A stretch of 64,000 bases of DNA from Selaginella moellendorffii. Its lineage: Eukaryota > Plantae > Lycopodiophyta. The position numbers and the translations under genes are program-made. The notes beneath the pieces were generated by a model, which worked only from the letters and a program-made list of their open reading frames with translations, did not search any database and had not been told where the DNA came from. The DNA lies in contig NW_003314280.1 of NCBI RefSeq assembly GCF_000143415.4, positions 1,364,894 to 1,428,893 on the forward strand. The letters are read 5' to 3'. This document shows positions 34,518 to 46,863 of this stretch, one piece after another (position 1 is the first letter of the stretch; each line of letters begins with the position of its first letter).

Positions 34518-34906
34518 AAATATCAATTTGCAAAGTATAGCAAGTGGCATATGTCGGGACCCGAAGGCGCGCCAAAGGTAAGCTAATTAGCATGGGTTGG
34601 ATAGGTCGACCAGGCGTAGGGCACTACGCCCGACTCCCCACGGGGATGTCGAATCCGTAGACGTATTCTACGGAGGTTGGGTTCGAGTCCCAACCCCCTA
34701 GTAAAACAAGGCTGGGTTCAAGTCCCGACCCCATACTAGGGCGTGGTGAGGTGAGGGGTATAGGGACACCTATATTCCGTTGTCATGGGCTCTTGGCCGG
34801 GGAGGCTAACTTAGGCACACCGCTAAGTGGGGGGATGCCCCCGGAGACATGGTCAACAAGTCGTAGGATAAAACGAGACGTTCGATGTGGGCATCGAACT
34901 TCTTCT

Positions 34907-34920
34907 ATGGGTGGTGGAGT
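34907..34920 (+). promoter_or_regulatory. Polypurine tract
   Basis: ATGGGTGGTGGAGT immediately before the 3' LTR; identical in the nested element. Confidence 0.8.
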
Positions 34921-36094
34921 TGTAAAGAACCAACTCGCCGAGGTGTCGTAGACTAAAGGAACCCCAAAAGCATGACCAAAATGACAAAGAGTTCATCGGA
35001 TGGGACCAAGTCGAAGATCGAGTCCAAGACCGACTCTAGGACCGAGTTTGAGATAGAGTCCGAAATCGAGTCCAAGACCGACTTGGGGACCGAGTTCGAG
35101 TCCGAGTTCAAGACCGAGTTCGAGACGAAGTCCGAGATCCGAAATCGGGTCCGAGACCGAGTCCGAGGTCGAGTCCGAGGTTGGGTCCGAGATCGGGTCC
35201 GAGATCGAGTCCGAGATCGAGTCCGAGACCGAATCCGAAGTTGGATCCGAAATCGGGTCCGAGATCGAGCCAGAGACTAAGTCCAAATACTAATACGGGT
35301 CAAGGGGTGAAAGCCCAAAGCGTGCGTCTCTCCGAGGGGGGGGGGGGGGGGGGGCTGCAGGGGGTTCCAAAAGTATAGTAGGGATAGTGAGGTCTAGGAT
35401 AGGAACCAGTCTTGAAGGAACTCTCCAGTGGTGCTTCCAAACTGACTTGAGGTTGAGACTGGGGTCGAGGGGCCTTGAGTGGGAGTGAGCATGGGCTTGA
35501 GTGGTGCCGGAGGGGCCACCCAGGGAAGTGCTCAAGAGCAGCTCCCACTCCCGAAAGGGAAACCGACTGCGGTGCTCCCGGCTCATGTGGAGTGGTGCCC
35601 CACTTGAGTACCTTGTGGCTCATTGGTCCTCGCCCTTCCTAGGGGCTTGGGCCTTCCCTTCGGGATGGAAGTGGGGGGGTAGAGGTACCCAGACCGGGCC
35701 GTTAGGTCACGGTGTTTTGCCCCGACGTCCCGAAGCAAGTGCTGCACCCAAGACTTGGGATTTAGAGGGTCCCATGATCAAGCCTTGTGGTACCAAGGGG
35801 TGTTAGGAATCTGGAGGCTTGGTGTGCTTGGCTGCTTGTGCCTACGGGGAGTGTAGCTGAACCTTAAGTCCAGTCTAACCCGGGGAGGGGGATTGGGAGA
35901 GATTTGGGAATCCATAGATGGATGGCTAACACTCCGTTACTTGTGCAGTGAGTAGCTGAGGCCAAGTAGGACCAAGTAGGAGCTGGTACCATAGGTGGAG
36001 ACCTTGGCGAGGGAACTTAGCACAAGCCAAGGCAGAGTTGGTCGGATAGACGAGGTAAATTGGCAAATTGGAAAGGAAAAATTTGTGGCTTACA
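34921..36094 (+). repeat. 3' LTR of the chromovirus
   Basis: Matches the 5' LTR; carries an extra poly-G run near 35335-35354. Confidence 0.97.
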
Positions 36095-37689
36095 CTAAGG
36101 CCAAAGTTGTGGTGGTCGGATATACGAGGTAAACTAATAAATTGGAAAGGAAAAATTTATGGCTTACAAATGCGAGGATTGATAGCAAGAGTAAAAGGAG
36201 TTATACCACGTGTTATAAATGCTACCATGAACTGAGTTTGATTGTTCAATTGCAATTACATGGCATAGAACAACTTCATCAACTGTTGCTCTAGAGTCAA
36301 AAGAGGAAGTTATTACTCTGCTATGAAAATAAATGAAAAGGAAAAAGAAAAAGAAAAGAAATTGTGAGAGGCAATTTTGATTATCCTTAGTGGAGATGAA
36401 AGGTAGTTTTAATTATCTTTAAAGAGTGTTTGGATTTAGGATTTTGGTTTAAATTTAGCTTTTGCATACTCTAGATCTCACTTTCATTATAACTTTTTTC
36501 TTCACCAATTTGAGTGTATGGAATATTAAAATGGAATAAAGAAATATGCATATCCAAAAATTTTAGTTATATATAGAAGTGAGTGGTCTAGATTGAAACC
36601 AATCTGACGGCTACTAAAATCCCATTATGCTAATATTAGTATATAGCATTGTAACACACCTCACACTTATAAATTATAATATTATTAAAATAATTTAATT
36701 TTTTAATATAATAATAAGTCTATATAGTTTTATATTTATTAATTATTCTTTTTTAATTTTTAGTCAATTAGATAAGTTTTTTTAAAATTTGATAGTTTAC
36801 ACTATTTTTTAACCATTGTAACAGACTTTCACCCCAGGCAACTATATAATTTATAATTCTCATTTTTAGGATAAATATCACAATTTAACAAGTTTAAAAA
36901 TTAACTAGAATAACTATGGTTTGCACTAGTGTTGTGAGTGAAGTATCTTCAAGAAGAATATGTTAGATACTCAAATCTTTTAGATTTAATGGTTATTATT
37001 TTTAGTATATCTTTAGTATATTCTGAATTTCGTATAAATATCTCAAATTGTTTAACAATTAACGATTGGAAAAAAAATGCATTCTTATTTATAAACATTT
37101 TCCCTTTATATTTGAATTTTTATTTTTAAGAGTACTAACTTACCAATAGAAACACAATTTAGTGTTATCTCGAAAAGTTGTGTATACATAATAGTAATGG
37201 ATAAAAGCTTTTGGATGGTCACCCGTGCTTTTTCCAGGCCACTCATCCCATGGCCATAAAGTGATTTAGTTGTGAAGAGTGAAATATTTCTCTTATAGAA
37301 AAAATTGCTTGCATTGTCATTCTTTCCTTTGTGGCAGAAGAGTTGCCAGTGATAATTGGGGACTACCTAGGTTTTTTCTTGTCAAAGAATCACACCCTCA
37401 AGTGCAGCAAAATATTCCGGGGCATGGGTGCTCTTCTGCCGGTACGCTCTTCGCAAAGGATTAGGGTTTACATTAGCTTCGTTTTCTCTAAGCAAAGTTT
37501 GGTAGCTGAGCTGAGCGGTATCATTGCAGGCTACATGTGCCAATTGCATATCCCGGCTGGCCGTTGTCGATAGTGACGCCCTGGTAAGGATAAGTTGGTT
37601 TTCGATCGATTTCATCACAGTTGAGCAACGTTAAGTGGCCAGGTAGCTCCAGCAGCTGGATCGTCCTCGTCGACATTTAAGCCTTCCGA

Positions 37690-38400
37690 TCTCGACTTTG
37701 AGCTTGAAATGGTATGACTTCTTTGATGAGAAGTTGCCGACATAGATTGCTCCTGCCGAACACAGTCTGCCTGATATTGTTGAGAGAAGCTTGCTGGAGA
37801 AGTCCCGAACTCGAACAAGGCTGTTCGAGTTCGCTTCGATCATCGTGCTTGTCTCCTCCTGACGCAATGGTTCGTGAGCAGCAATCTGGAGAAGAGATAG
37901 TTGGACGCAATCATTCACAAGTTACGCCAGTGCTCCCCGAAGGGAGGCAAGCCGACTGCTTGCCGCAAACTTGCAGCTCTCGTGCCACTTCCGGCTTGCT
38001 GGTGATGACCATCCTAATGTTGCCCAGGCTGAAGACCATGAGCTCCTTTGCATGGTACCTCTTGGCGAGCTTGGCCAACTTTCGGTTTCAAGGATTCCTG
38101 TTATCCACCAATAGTTTTTCCAGGCATGCAGCTCCGGATAATCTCCTTGTCCGTCGTTATAAAACCTGAACTCGAGACCATCTCCAAAACCTTTGCTTCT
38201 TCCTGAGCGTTTTCCTATGCACTGCCACCAGGAACAAGCCAAGGAGCCAGGACTGCCAGGACTGCCAAGACTGCTGCTTGAACGAATGACGAATGACGAA
38301 GCAGCAGTGACGAATGACGAATCTTCATGCATGATCGGTGCTTGGGCTGGCAAATGCTGGGGGAAGAAAGGCAGATTGAGGATCCACCAATCAAATCCAG
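37690..38400 (-). pseudogene. CYP78A-like pseudogene fragment (paralog of 1-960)
   Basis: QQASLNNIRQTVFGR and LMVFSLGNIRMVI fragments in broken frames; nucleotide similarity to ~480-1150. Confidence 0.7.
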
Positions 38401-38645
38401 AAACGAGAGCTCGAGTTTAGGAGTTTATCCCTTGAAAAACTATTGGCGGATAACAGGAATCCTCGAAATGGTAAGTCTCTAAGGGACTTGTATTTAACGC
38501 CCACACGTACGTTAGCTTTCCGGCTGAAGAGAAAGGTGGCAAAGTTGCAATAATCTCTTATAAAGAACAATGTGGAAGAACACTGAACGATAAGTCCAAT
38601 TTTGACAAAGCCGTGTTCTGATTTTTTCTTGCTTCCAGCTCGTTT

Positions 38646-40384
<1,739 letters not shown>

Positions 40385-40527
40385 TTCCTCGTTTGGTACA
40401 GTCTTTGTCTTCAAGAATTTACTCTTTCTGGGAAATCTTGGCATATTCTAATCGTCTAAGAATGTTTTAACCTTGTATTATTTAACATAAATCTCATATG
40501 GATAAACCCTAATGTTTCTTCCTGGCT

Positions 40528-42693
40528 ATGGCGGGAGTGGCTGTTTGGAATGTGGTGGAGAATCTCCACGCCCAGGATTTGGTCGGCGGCGTATTCCTGG
40601 CAGACGAGGCGGCGCTGGCGGCGCTCCAGAGCTTCAGCCGTGCCGGCGTCGTCGCCGCGCACAAACAGCTCCGCCAAGAGTCCGCGGCCATGGAGGCGGT
40701 AAGCAAGAGCCAGGGTACGTACCGCGGCTGCGTCCCTAGCTATATGGATCCGCACGGATTGCCCTCCTTTCCGGTGCCGCTGGTCACGAGTCGATCCACT
40801 CTCTGCAAGAATGTGGGGCTTGTGGATCTGGAGCCCGGCCGAGCCAGTCCGGGCAGTGTTCTTCACGGGTTTCTCCGAGTGGAGGCCTTTCGCTGCTCCA
40901 ATGTGGCCGTGACGGCACTGGAAGACGACAGTGGAAGAATGGCAAGGGTCTTGGCTCTCAACTCGCTGTTTTGGAATTCCTCACAGGAAGAAGTGGCAAG
41001 GATTTTTCCACAGGGCGCGGAGGTTCTTGTGAAGCACCCATGCTTGGTGGAAGCGGAGTTTTGCCAGGGCCTGGCACTCTGGGTGCCAAATCCACTCTCG
41101 CTCGAGATCGTCTCTTACTTCCCTCGTATGGAAGTTGGCGAGCCGGATGTTTATCTCAGCTGGGGAAGCAAGGAACTCGACGAGAGGAAAAACTTCTTGG
41201 CTGCGGCGGATCTCTTCACTCGCTGTCTCGAGTGTCTCCGAGCTTGTGGAGACGAGACCAAGATGGTGGTGGCTCTCGTGAGGCGAGCCGAGGCACGTCT
41301 CAAGCTCGAGCGCTACGAGGAGGCACTGGCCGACGTCGAAAAGGCACTGGCACTGGATCGTCACGACTTCAAGAGCCTCGCAGTGAAAGGAGCGGCGCTG
41401 CTCGGGCTCAAGCAGTATGGATCTTCCACCTCGTGCTTCAAGCAGGTGGCCGAAGTGGAAGCCTCTCCAACTTACAGGAGCTTGTACGATGCTTCGCTGC
41501 GTTTCAACGAGCAAAGCGAACGTGGAGTTTACGATCTCTCGGAGCATTACCTCGCAGCTGGAGGAAATGTGGAAGAGGATCGAGCCCCGGAACTTGCAGA
41601 CTTCGTTGGTCCCGTCAAGGTGGCGATGACTCGAGATGCCCGAGGGAGGGGCCTCTTTCTCACCGAAAGCGTCTCCGTGGGACAACTTCTTCTCGTCAGC
41701 AACGCGGTAGCTATGGTTTTTCCAGACGAGGACTGCCCGGTTTTGGAGGTGGATAAGTTTGGCACTCTTCTCACGGCGGTGCTGAGAGCCTGCATAGCTT
41801 CTCCCAGGACTCTGGCACAAGTGTACAGCTTGGCCGAGAGCGATCCTGTCACAGGATTAACTATCGACAAGAACGAGGTCCCAGAGATGGAACTCTTCCA
41901 GCCAAACACAGGTTCTCTCGAGCTCCACGAGGAGCTCCTTCTCGACGTTACGCGCATCGCAAACATCCTCCACTGCATCAACGAGAATGGAAAGGCAGCT
42001 GACACTCTTGTCACCAGAGACTTTGATGGCTTGTGGACGCTTCCAAGCTTCCTGAACCATTCGTGCCTTCCAAACGTTGGTGTCCACTACGTTGGAAAGG
42101 CTCTCTTGGTGGTGGCCGCAAGAGATATGGAGGCCGAGACGGAGCTCGTTCGATCGTATGGCAGTGCTCTCGCTCCCTGGAACCCGATGAGGCGGGAGTC
42201 CATCAGAGTGGAATGCCGGTGCGAGAGGTGTGCTCTGGAAAAACGACTGGAAGAAGAGCTCCGGGATGTAAGCCAGAGGTTTGATGCGCTGCTCAATGCT
42301 ACCTCAATGGTGGAGTCGGAGTTTCACGAGCAGCTGGGAGAGCTAGCAGTGGAGCTGGAACGCAAAGTTTGGGATGTGGATTTGAGAGAAACCGAGAAGC
42401 AGTGGCTCCGGACGTCGTACTGCCTGGCTTACTTGTCTTTTTATTTGAGAAACGAGACTTGTCAAAGAGAGAAAACGATGCCTTTGAAGGAAGACATTGC
42501 TCGAGCTCTTCACTCGACTTCTCCTGGTTTTAGCAAGACCCTGATGGCAATGTGCTGCTTGCTCGAGGATGGAAATGGCAGCAGAGGGCTCCTGGAAGAC
42601 GAATGCTTTGCGCTTTGTGGACGTCAAAACCATGAGGTTGCCGCAGCCATTGTCAAGCAAGCCAGATACAAAGGTAAGGAATTCTTCTGGTGA
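40528..42693 (+). CDS. Intronless TPR + SET domain protein (SMYD-like), 721 aa
   Basis: TPR helices (RRAEARLKLERYEEALAD); SET motifs RGRGLF, FLNHSCLPN and ELVRSY; post-SET CRCERC. Confidence 0.88.
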   Translation: MAGVAVWNVVENLHAQDLVGGVFLADEAALAALQSFSRAGVVAAHKQLRQESAAMEAVSKSQGTYRGCVPSYMDPHGLPSFPVPLVTSRSTLCKNVGLVDLEPGRASPGSVLHGFLRVEAFRCSNVAVTALEDDSGRMARVLALNSLFWNSSQEEVARIFPQGAEVLVKHPCLVEAEFCQGLALWVPNPLSLEIVSYFPRMEVGEPDVYLSWGSKELDERKNFLAAADLFTRCLECLRACGDETKMVVALVRRAEARLKLERYEEALADVEKALALDRHDFKSLAVKGAALLGLKQYGSSTSCFKQVAEVEASPTYRSLYDASLRFNEQSERGVYDLSEHYLAAGGNVEEDRAPELADFVGPVKVAMTRDARGRGLFLTESVSVGQLLLVSNAVAMVFPDEDCPVLEVDKFGTLLTAVLRACIASPRTLAQVYSLAESDPVTGLTIDKNEVPEMELFQPNTGSLELHEELLLDVTRIANILHCINENGKAADTLVTRDFDGLWTLPSFLNHSCLPNVGVHYVGKALLVVAARDMEAETELVRSYGSALAPWNPMRRESIRVECRCERCALEKRLEEELRDVSQRFDALLNATSMVESEFHEQLGELAVELERKVWDVDLRETEKQWLRTSYCLAYLSFYLRNETCQREKTMPLKEDIARALHSTSPGFSKTLMAMCCLLEDGNGSRGLLEDECFALCGRQNHEVAAAIVKQARYKGKEFFW

Positions 42694-45015
42694 GGATAAT
42701 TTTTTAAACAAAGCTCTTCACTTCCATAATTTTTATACTTTTTTGAGGATTTTAAATACACACTAAATTCTGTTACATAAACTTTTGCTTTTTACCATTT
42801 ACTCTAAATAATATTAATTATTTATAGATAATAATAAATGTTTAAAACATATTTACTATCACATTTTACTATGATAAATACTAAAAGAGTTAGTGAGTTT
42901 ATAAGCTTTATATGTTTTATTTATTCCGAGATATTCATGAAGACATATTTTCATATGATAACTCTTAACATTTATATTTTTTATTAATTTTTTGAATTTT
43001 TTTTTTTTTTTGCAATATCTACTATATCATGATGTCTACAATGAACTCTATATTGCATTATATATTTAATTCTTGATAATAATAAAACAGTTTGTGAAGA
43101 ATTAAAAAATTAATTTATTTAAAAAATGAAAAGCTTTATGAATGCATGAAATATAGCAAGTGGTCTAGATCCAATAGCTACTAAACTCCTATTACACTAA
43201 TATTAGTATATAGCATTTTAGTTATATACTTGGACCTCACCTTATACCTCCTTTCAGAATAATGAAAAACAATTAACATTTTTAAATGGATGAGTTGAGA
43301 TTTGGAAAAACATTAAAATGAGACATTAGTGGATTTGTAGGTGGTGACAATTGTTTCTAATCCCTTTGTACAAAATGTTTTAAATGTTATATATGCATAA
43401 TTTTTAGAGGATTAGTTTATTGGATGTCATATCAAATTTCATAAACTTGCAATCCAATTTGTCACAAATCTCCTTTTCACTTGGCAAGGAGCCTCTTAGA
43501 TAAATCACGTACTATAAGATTGGGACAATAAATTAACATTAAGTCATTCACGTTTTATTTCATAAGTGGATGATAATAGGAGTTGTAATATAGTTATTGT
43601 TCCAATTGTATGTGGTTAAACTCTATTTGGACTAATGGAATAATGCTTGTCAAATATTAATCCCAAGACCTAATATTAGTAATTTGTGGCAATTGCAAAA
43701 GTAAACTCAACTTCGTTAGTAGTATCGGATGATTATATAGAAGTTTATATAGTGAAGCACCAACAGAACTTTACACCTTTATGACATACGTATAGTGAAG
43801 AGATGGCAGATAACTATCTTAATCCGAATGTTGAAAATTTATATACTTCACAATCATCCCTTTAAAGGTTTGAATAAACCCTTTCACCAAACCATTTGAT
43901 TATGGATGATAGACATTTGTGAAAGTGTAGCATATCTTTAATCAAGACATTAAGACAAGAAATGCCTTAGCTATAAATATGGGACCATTATCCTAAAGAA
44001 TTCACTCTACTTAGAAATGTTAGAACACCTATTTGATTGAAAAGGAAGTATTTAATAACAATTGCAAACACATTAGCAAAAGCTCTGACTTCCATGCAAC
44101 AAGTCAAATAGTTAAAAGTAATAGAAAAAGCCTCATCAAATCAAATGCCACTAACTCAAATAAATAGAAAATTACAATTGACTCTAATCCTCCTTCCACA
44201 ACACAAGACAAAGTATTATAAACTTGGCACTAAATGAAACTACACACATACTAAATAACATCATTTCACATGCTAAAATCCAGATGATCTCAAATAACTT
44301 GATCATAACTCATTTTTATTCTCTTCCACTGACATAAACTTTAGCTTTTGTTAACCTTAGACAAACATCTACTTTTGATATTGTCTAAAACTGATTGTAG
44401 TACAAACTCCAGGTAACCATTGGTACAAGTTTCTCACATGAAGAATTTAAGATACGTGGTAAGACATTTAGCATCTCTATGCATGTCAAAGCCATAAACC
44501 TCCATAGCATAAAATTAAACACGGGTGAAATGTTGAGAATCTCATTCTCGCAGTCTCCTCGTGCTGATTCTAGAAATTGGCTTGGTGCAATACTAAACTC
44601 TTTTCACTTGGTTGCATGCTTGCCCACAGGCATTCTAACTCCTCAACTTCTCATTGCAATTTGAAGGGCAATATCATCATAAACTAGTCTGTGATTGGAG
44701 CTTCCATGGCCTGAACAAGGAGCTGCCATTCTCTCAAAAGCCGAGGATCAAGGATATCTTAATTGGACCCAAAGAGCTCAATGGAGATAATCTTGTTTAC
44801 CTTGGCAGGATGATCTCCATCATCTGCTTGTCTTTCAAGAGCTCAATGCTGCGGTGTTTCAGCCTCTTCGAATAACTGTTGGCTCGAGAGCCATGCATCA
44901 GGTCTTGGCATAGGATATGGATCATGAGGACCGAAGAGCGATGCTTCCCACCATAGCCCAGCTCACTGGAGTGGAGACGATGTTGTGCCCGGGCAGGATG
45001 GCCAGAATTAAATAG

Positions 45016-46818
45016 ATGCTCTCGTCATGCAGCGAGTCTTTGGAGAGGCTCATCAAGTCATGCAAGACTGCGAGCAATGCAAAGGTCATCCACAACCAAA
45101 TCCTTTGCACCCACCAAAACCTCACCACCTTTGTGTGCAATCTGCTGCTGGAGATGCACTCCAAATGCGGGAGCATCTCTCTCGCCCGCCACGTCTTCAA
45201 CAACCTCTGCCCGCCCTCTTGCAGAGATTCCTTCACCTGGGTTCTCATGCTCGCAGCATATGCCCGAGCCGGGCATCTTACCCAGGCCCGCGGCATCTTC
45301 GAATCCATGCCCTCGCGCAACCGCGTCGCCTGGAACGCAATGCTCGCCGCGTACGCTGCCGCCGGGGACCTCGATCGCGCGCTGGAGATCTTCGATTCGT
45401 CGCCGCAGCACGACGTGATCGCCTGGACGTCGCTCCTGTCGGCGTTTGCGCTGGCCGGAGATCTAGCCCGCGCGCGCCGCCTCATTGACGCCATGCCCGA
45501 GTGGAACCTTGTGTCATGGAACGCGATGCTGTGCGCGCAATCGCAATGCCACCAGGTGGAGGGCGCCTGGGATGTGTTTGAGCGGATGGAAGAGCGCAAC
45601 ATCATCTCGTGGAACGCGCTGCTATCTGTGTATGCCCTGTCGGGGCATATGGACGAAGCAGCGTATCTTTTCGAAGCGATGCCAGAGAGGGATCTGGCTT
45701 CGTGGACGACGATGATTGCTGGATCTGCGCAGGCAGGGAAGATCGAGGAGTCGAGAGAACGTTTTGATGGCATGCCGGAGAGGGACGTCGTTGCATGGAA
45801 CGCTATGCTTGCGGCATTTGCCCAAAATGGGCATCTTGTAAAGGCGCTAGAGTTCTTAGAAATAATGCCGGTGTGGAGCCTGGCTGGCTGGAATTCTCTT
45901 CTCGCCGCTTGCGCGCAAGAGAAGGAGTTTGATCGAGCACAGAAGTTACTACTGAGATTACCCGAACTGGATCTTGTGGCCTGGAATTCGATGCTTGCGG
46001 TGAATGCCCTTTCTGGGCATCTGGACGAGGCGCTGTTGGCTATGGAAGCCTTGTCTATGCCTGTTGATGTGAAGTCATGGAACGCAGTGCTGTATGGCTA
46101 TGCCCAGAGCGGGCATCTCGACAAAGCCACCAGCTTGTTCCACGCAAGAATGCCTCACAGGGACGTGGTTTCCTTCACTGCGATGCTCTCGGCCTATGCA
46201 AGGAGTGGTTACATCGACGAAGCAAAAGCTCTGTTCGATTCGATGCCGGAGAGGACTCTTGTGTCATGGAACGCGCTGCTCGGCGGATTTGTCCACAATG
46301 GTCTGTACGCTCGAGCTCACAACTTCTTCCAGACCATGCCCGAGTGTGACGTTGTATCTTGGACTGGGGCCTTGAACTCGATTGCCCCGACTATGTCGTA
46401 CAAAACTTCGCTGGATCACTTCCAAAGGATGCTGCTTCAAGGAGTTCTTCCGGATGATGTCTGCTTTGTGTCGATGCTGGTTGGATTCAACCATGGCGGT
46501 AGCGTCCGCACCGCTTTGAGCTGCTTCGCGTCCATGGCTGTCGACTTTGGCATTGATCCGACGAAGCAGCTGTATGGAAGCCTGATTGATCTGCTTGGTC
46601 GGGCGGGATATCTGAAGGAAGCCGAGGAAGTCATCGCCAGCATGCCGTTTAAGCCGGGAGACGTCGACTGGCAATCGCTCCTGAGCGCTTGTAGGAGTTA
46701 CAGTGATGGTCGAAGTGGAAGCCGAGCAGCGAAGCAAGCTCTAGAGTTGAATCCGCAGGACGACGGAACATACGTGCTGCTGGCAGCAATGTCCGAGTGT
46801 GGTGCTCACAATAGTTGA
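45016..46818 (+). CDS. PLS-class pentatricopeptide repeat protein with E-like C-terminus
   Basis: Tandem ~31-aa repeats (SWNAMLAAYAQNGH); DLLGRAGYL...MPFKP...YVLL. Confidence 0.92.
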   Translation: MLSSCSESLERLIKSCKTASNAKVIHNQILCTHQNLTTFVCNLLLEMHSKCGSISLARHVFNNLCPPSCRDSFTWVLMLAAYARAGHLTQARGIFESMPSRNRVAWNAMLAAYAAAGDLDRALEIFDSSPQHDVIAWTSLLSAFALAGDLARARRLIDAMPEWNLVSWNAMLCAQSQCHQVEGAWDVFERMEERNIISWNALLSVYALSGHMDEAAYLFEAMPERDLASWTTMIAGSAQAGKIEESRERFDGMPERDVVAWNAMLAAFAQNGHLVKALEFLEIMPVWSLAGWNSLLAACAQEKEFDRAQKLLLRLPELDLVAWNSMLAVNALSGHLDEALLAMEALSMPVDVKSWNAVLYGYAQSGHLDKATSLFHARMPHRDVVSFTAMLSAYARSGYIDEAKALFDSMPERTLVSWNALLGGFVHNGLYARAHNFFQTMPECDVVSWTGALNSIAPTMSYKTSLDHFQRMLLQGVLPDDVCFVSMLVGFNHGGSVRTALSCFASMAVDFGIDPTKQLYGSLIDLLGRAGYLKEAEEVIASMPFKPGDVDWQSLLSACRSYSDGRSGSRAAKQALELNPQDDGTYVLLAAMSECGAHNS

Positions 46819-46863
46819 GACGCTCGCGGATCGTTGAAGTTAGCTGTAGTCTCCTTTGTAGAT

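Larger units (their letters stand above)
8651..36094 (+). mobile_element. Full-length Ty3/gypsy chromovirus LTR retrotransposon carrying two nested insertions
   Basis: Paired TG...CA LTRs; TSD CTAAG at 8646-8650 and 36095-36099; PBS; PPT; gag-PR-RT-RH-IN-chromodomain order. Confidence 0.97.
7825..36168 (+). mobile_element. Older solo LTR of the same family, split by the full-length element (pieces 7825-8650 and 36100-36168)
   Basis: Starts TGTAAGGAACCAACTC and ends ATGGCTTACA; diverged copy of the 8651-9784 LTR; flanks AATAC (7820-7824) and AATGC (36169-36173) form a 5-bp TSD with one mismatch. Confidence 0.85.

Noticed and set aside
34675-34730. tRNA gene or SINE
   Set aside because: Only T-arm/B-box hairpins are present; I found no A-box, cloverleaf or tail.
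35335-35354. Poly-G run in the 3' LTR as a functional G-quadruplex
   Set aside because: It is absent from the 5' LTR; homopolymer slippage or an assembly artefact is more likely.
36578-36650. Motif ending CTAATATTAGTATATAGCATT, repeated at ~43157-43218, as a Helitron terminus
   Set aside because: It is a real short dispersed repeat, but I could not identify TC...CTRR ends or a subterminal hairpin.
44450-44940. Coding-like minus-strand fragment upstream of the first PPR gene
   Set aside because: No recognisable motif or continuous frame, so it cannot be assigned.
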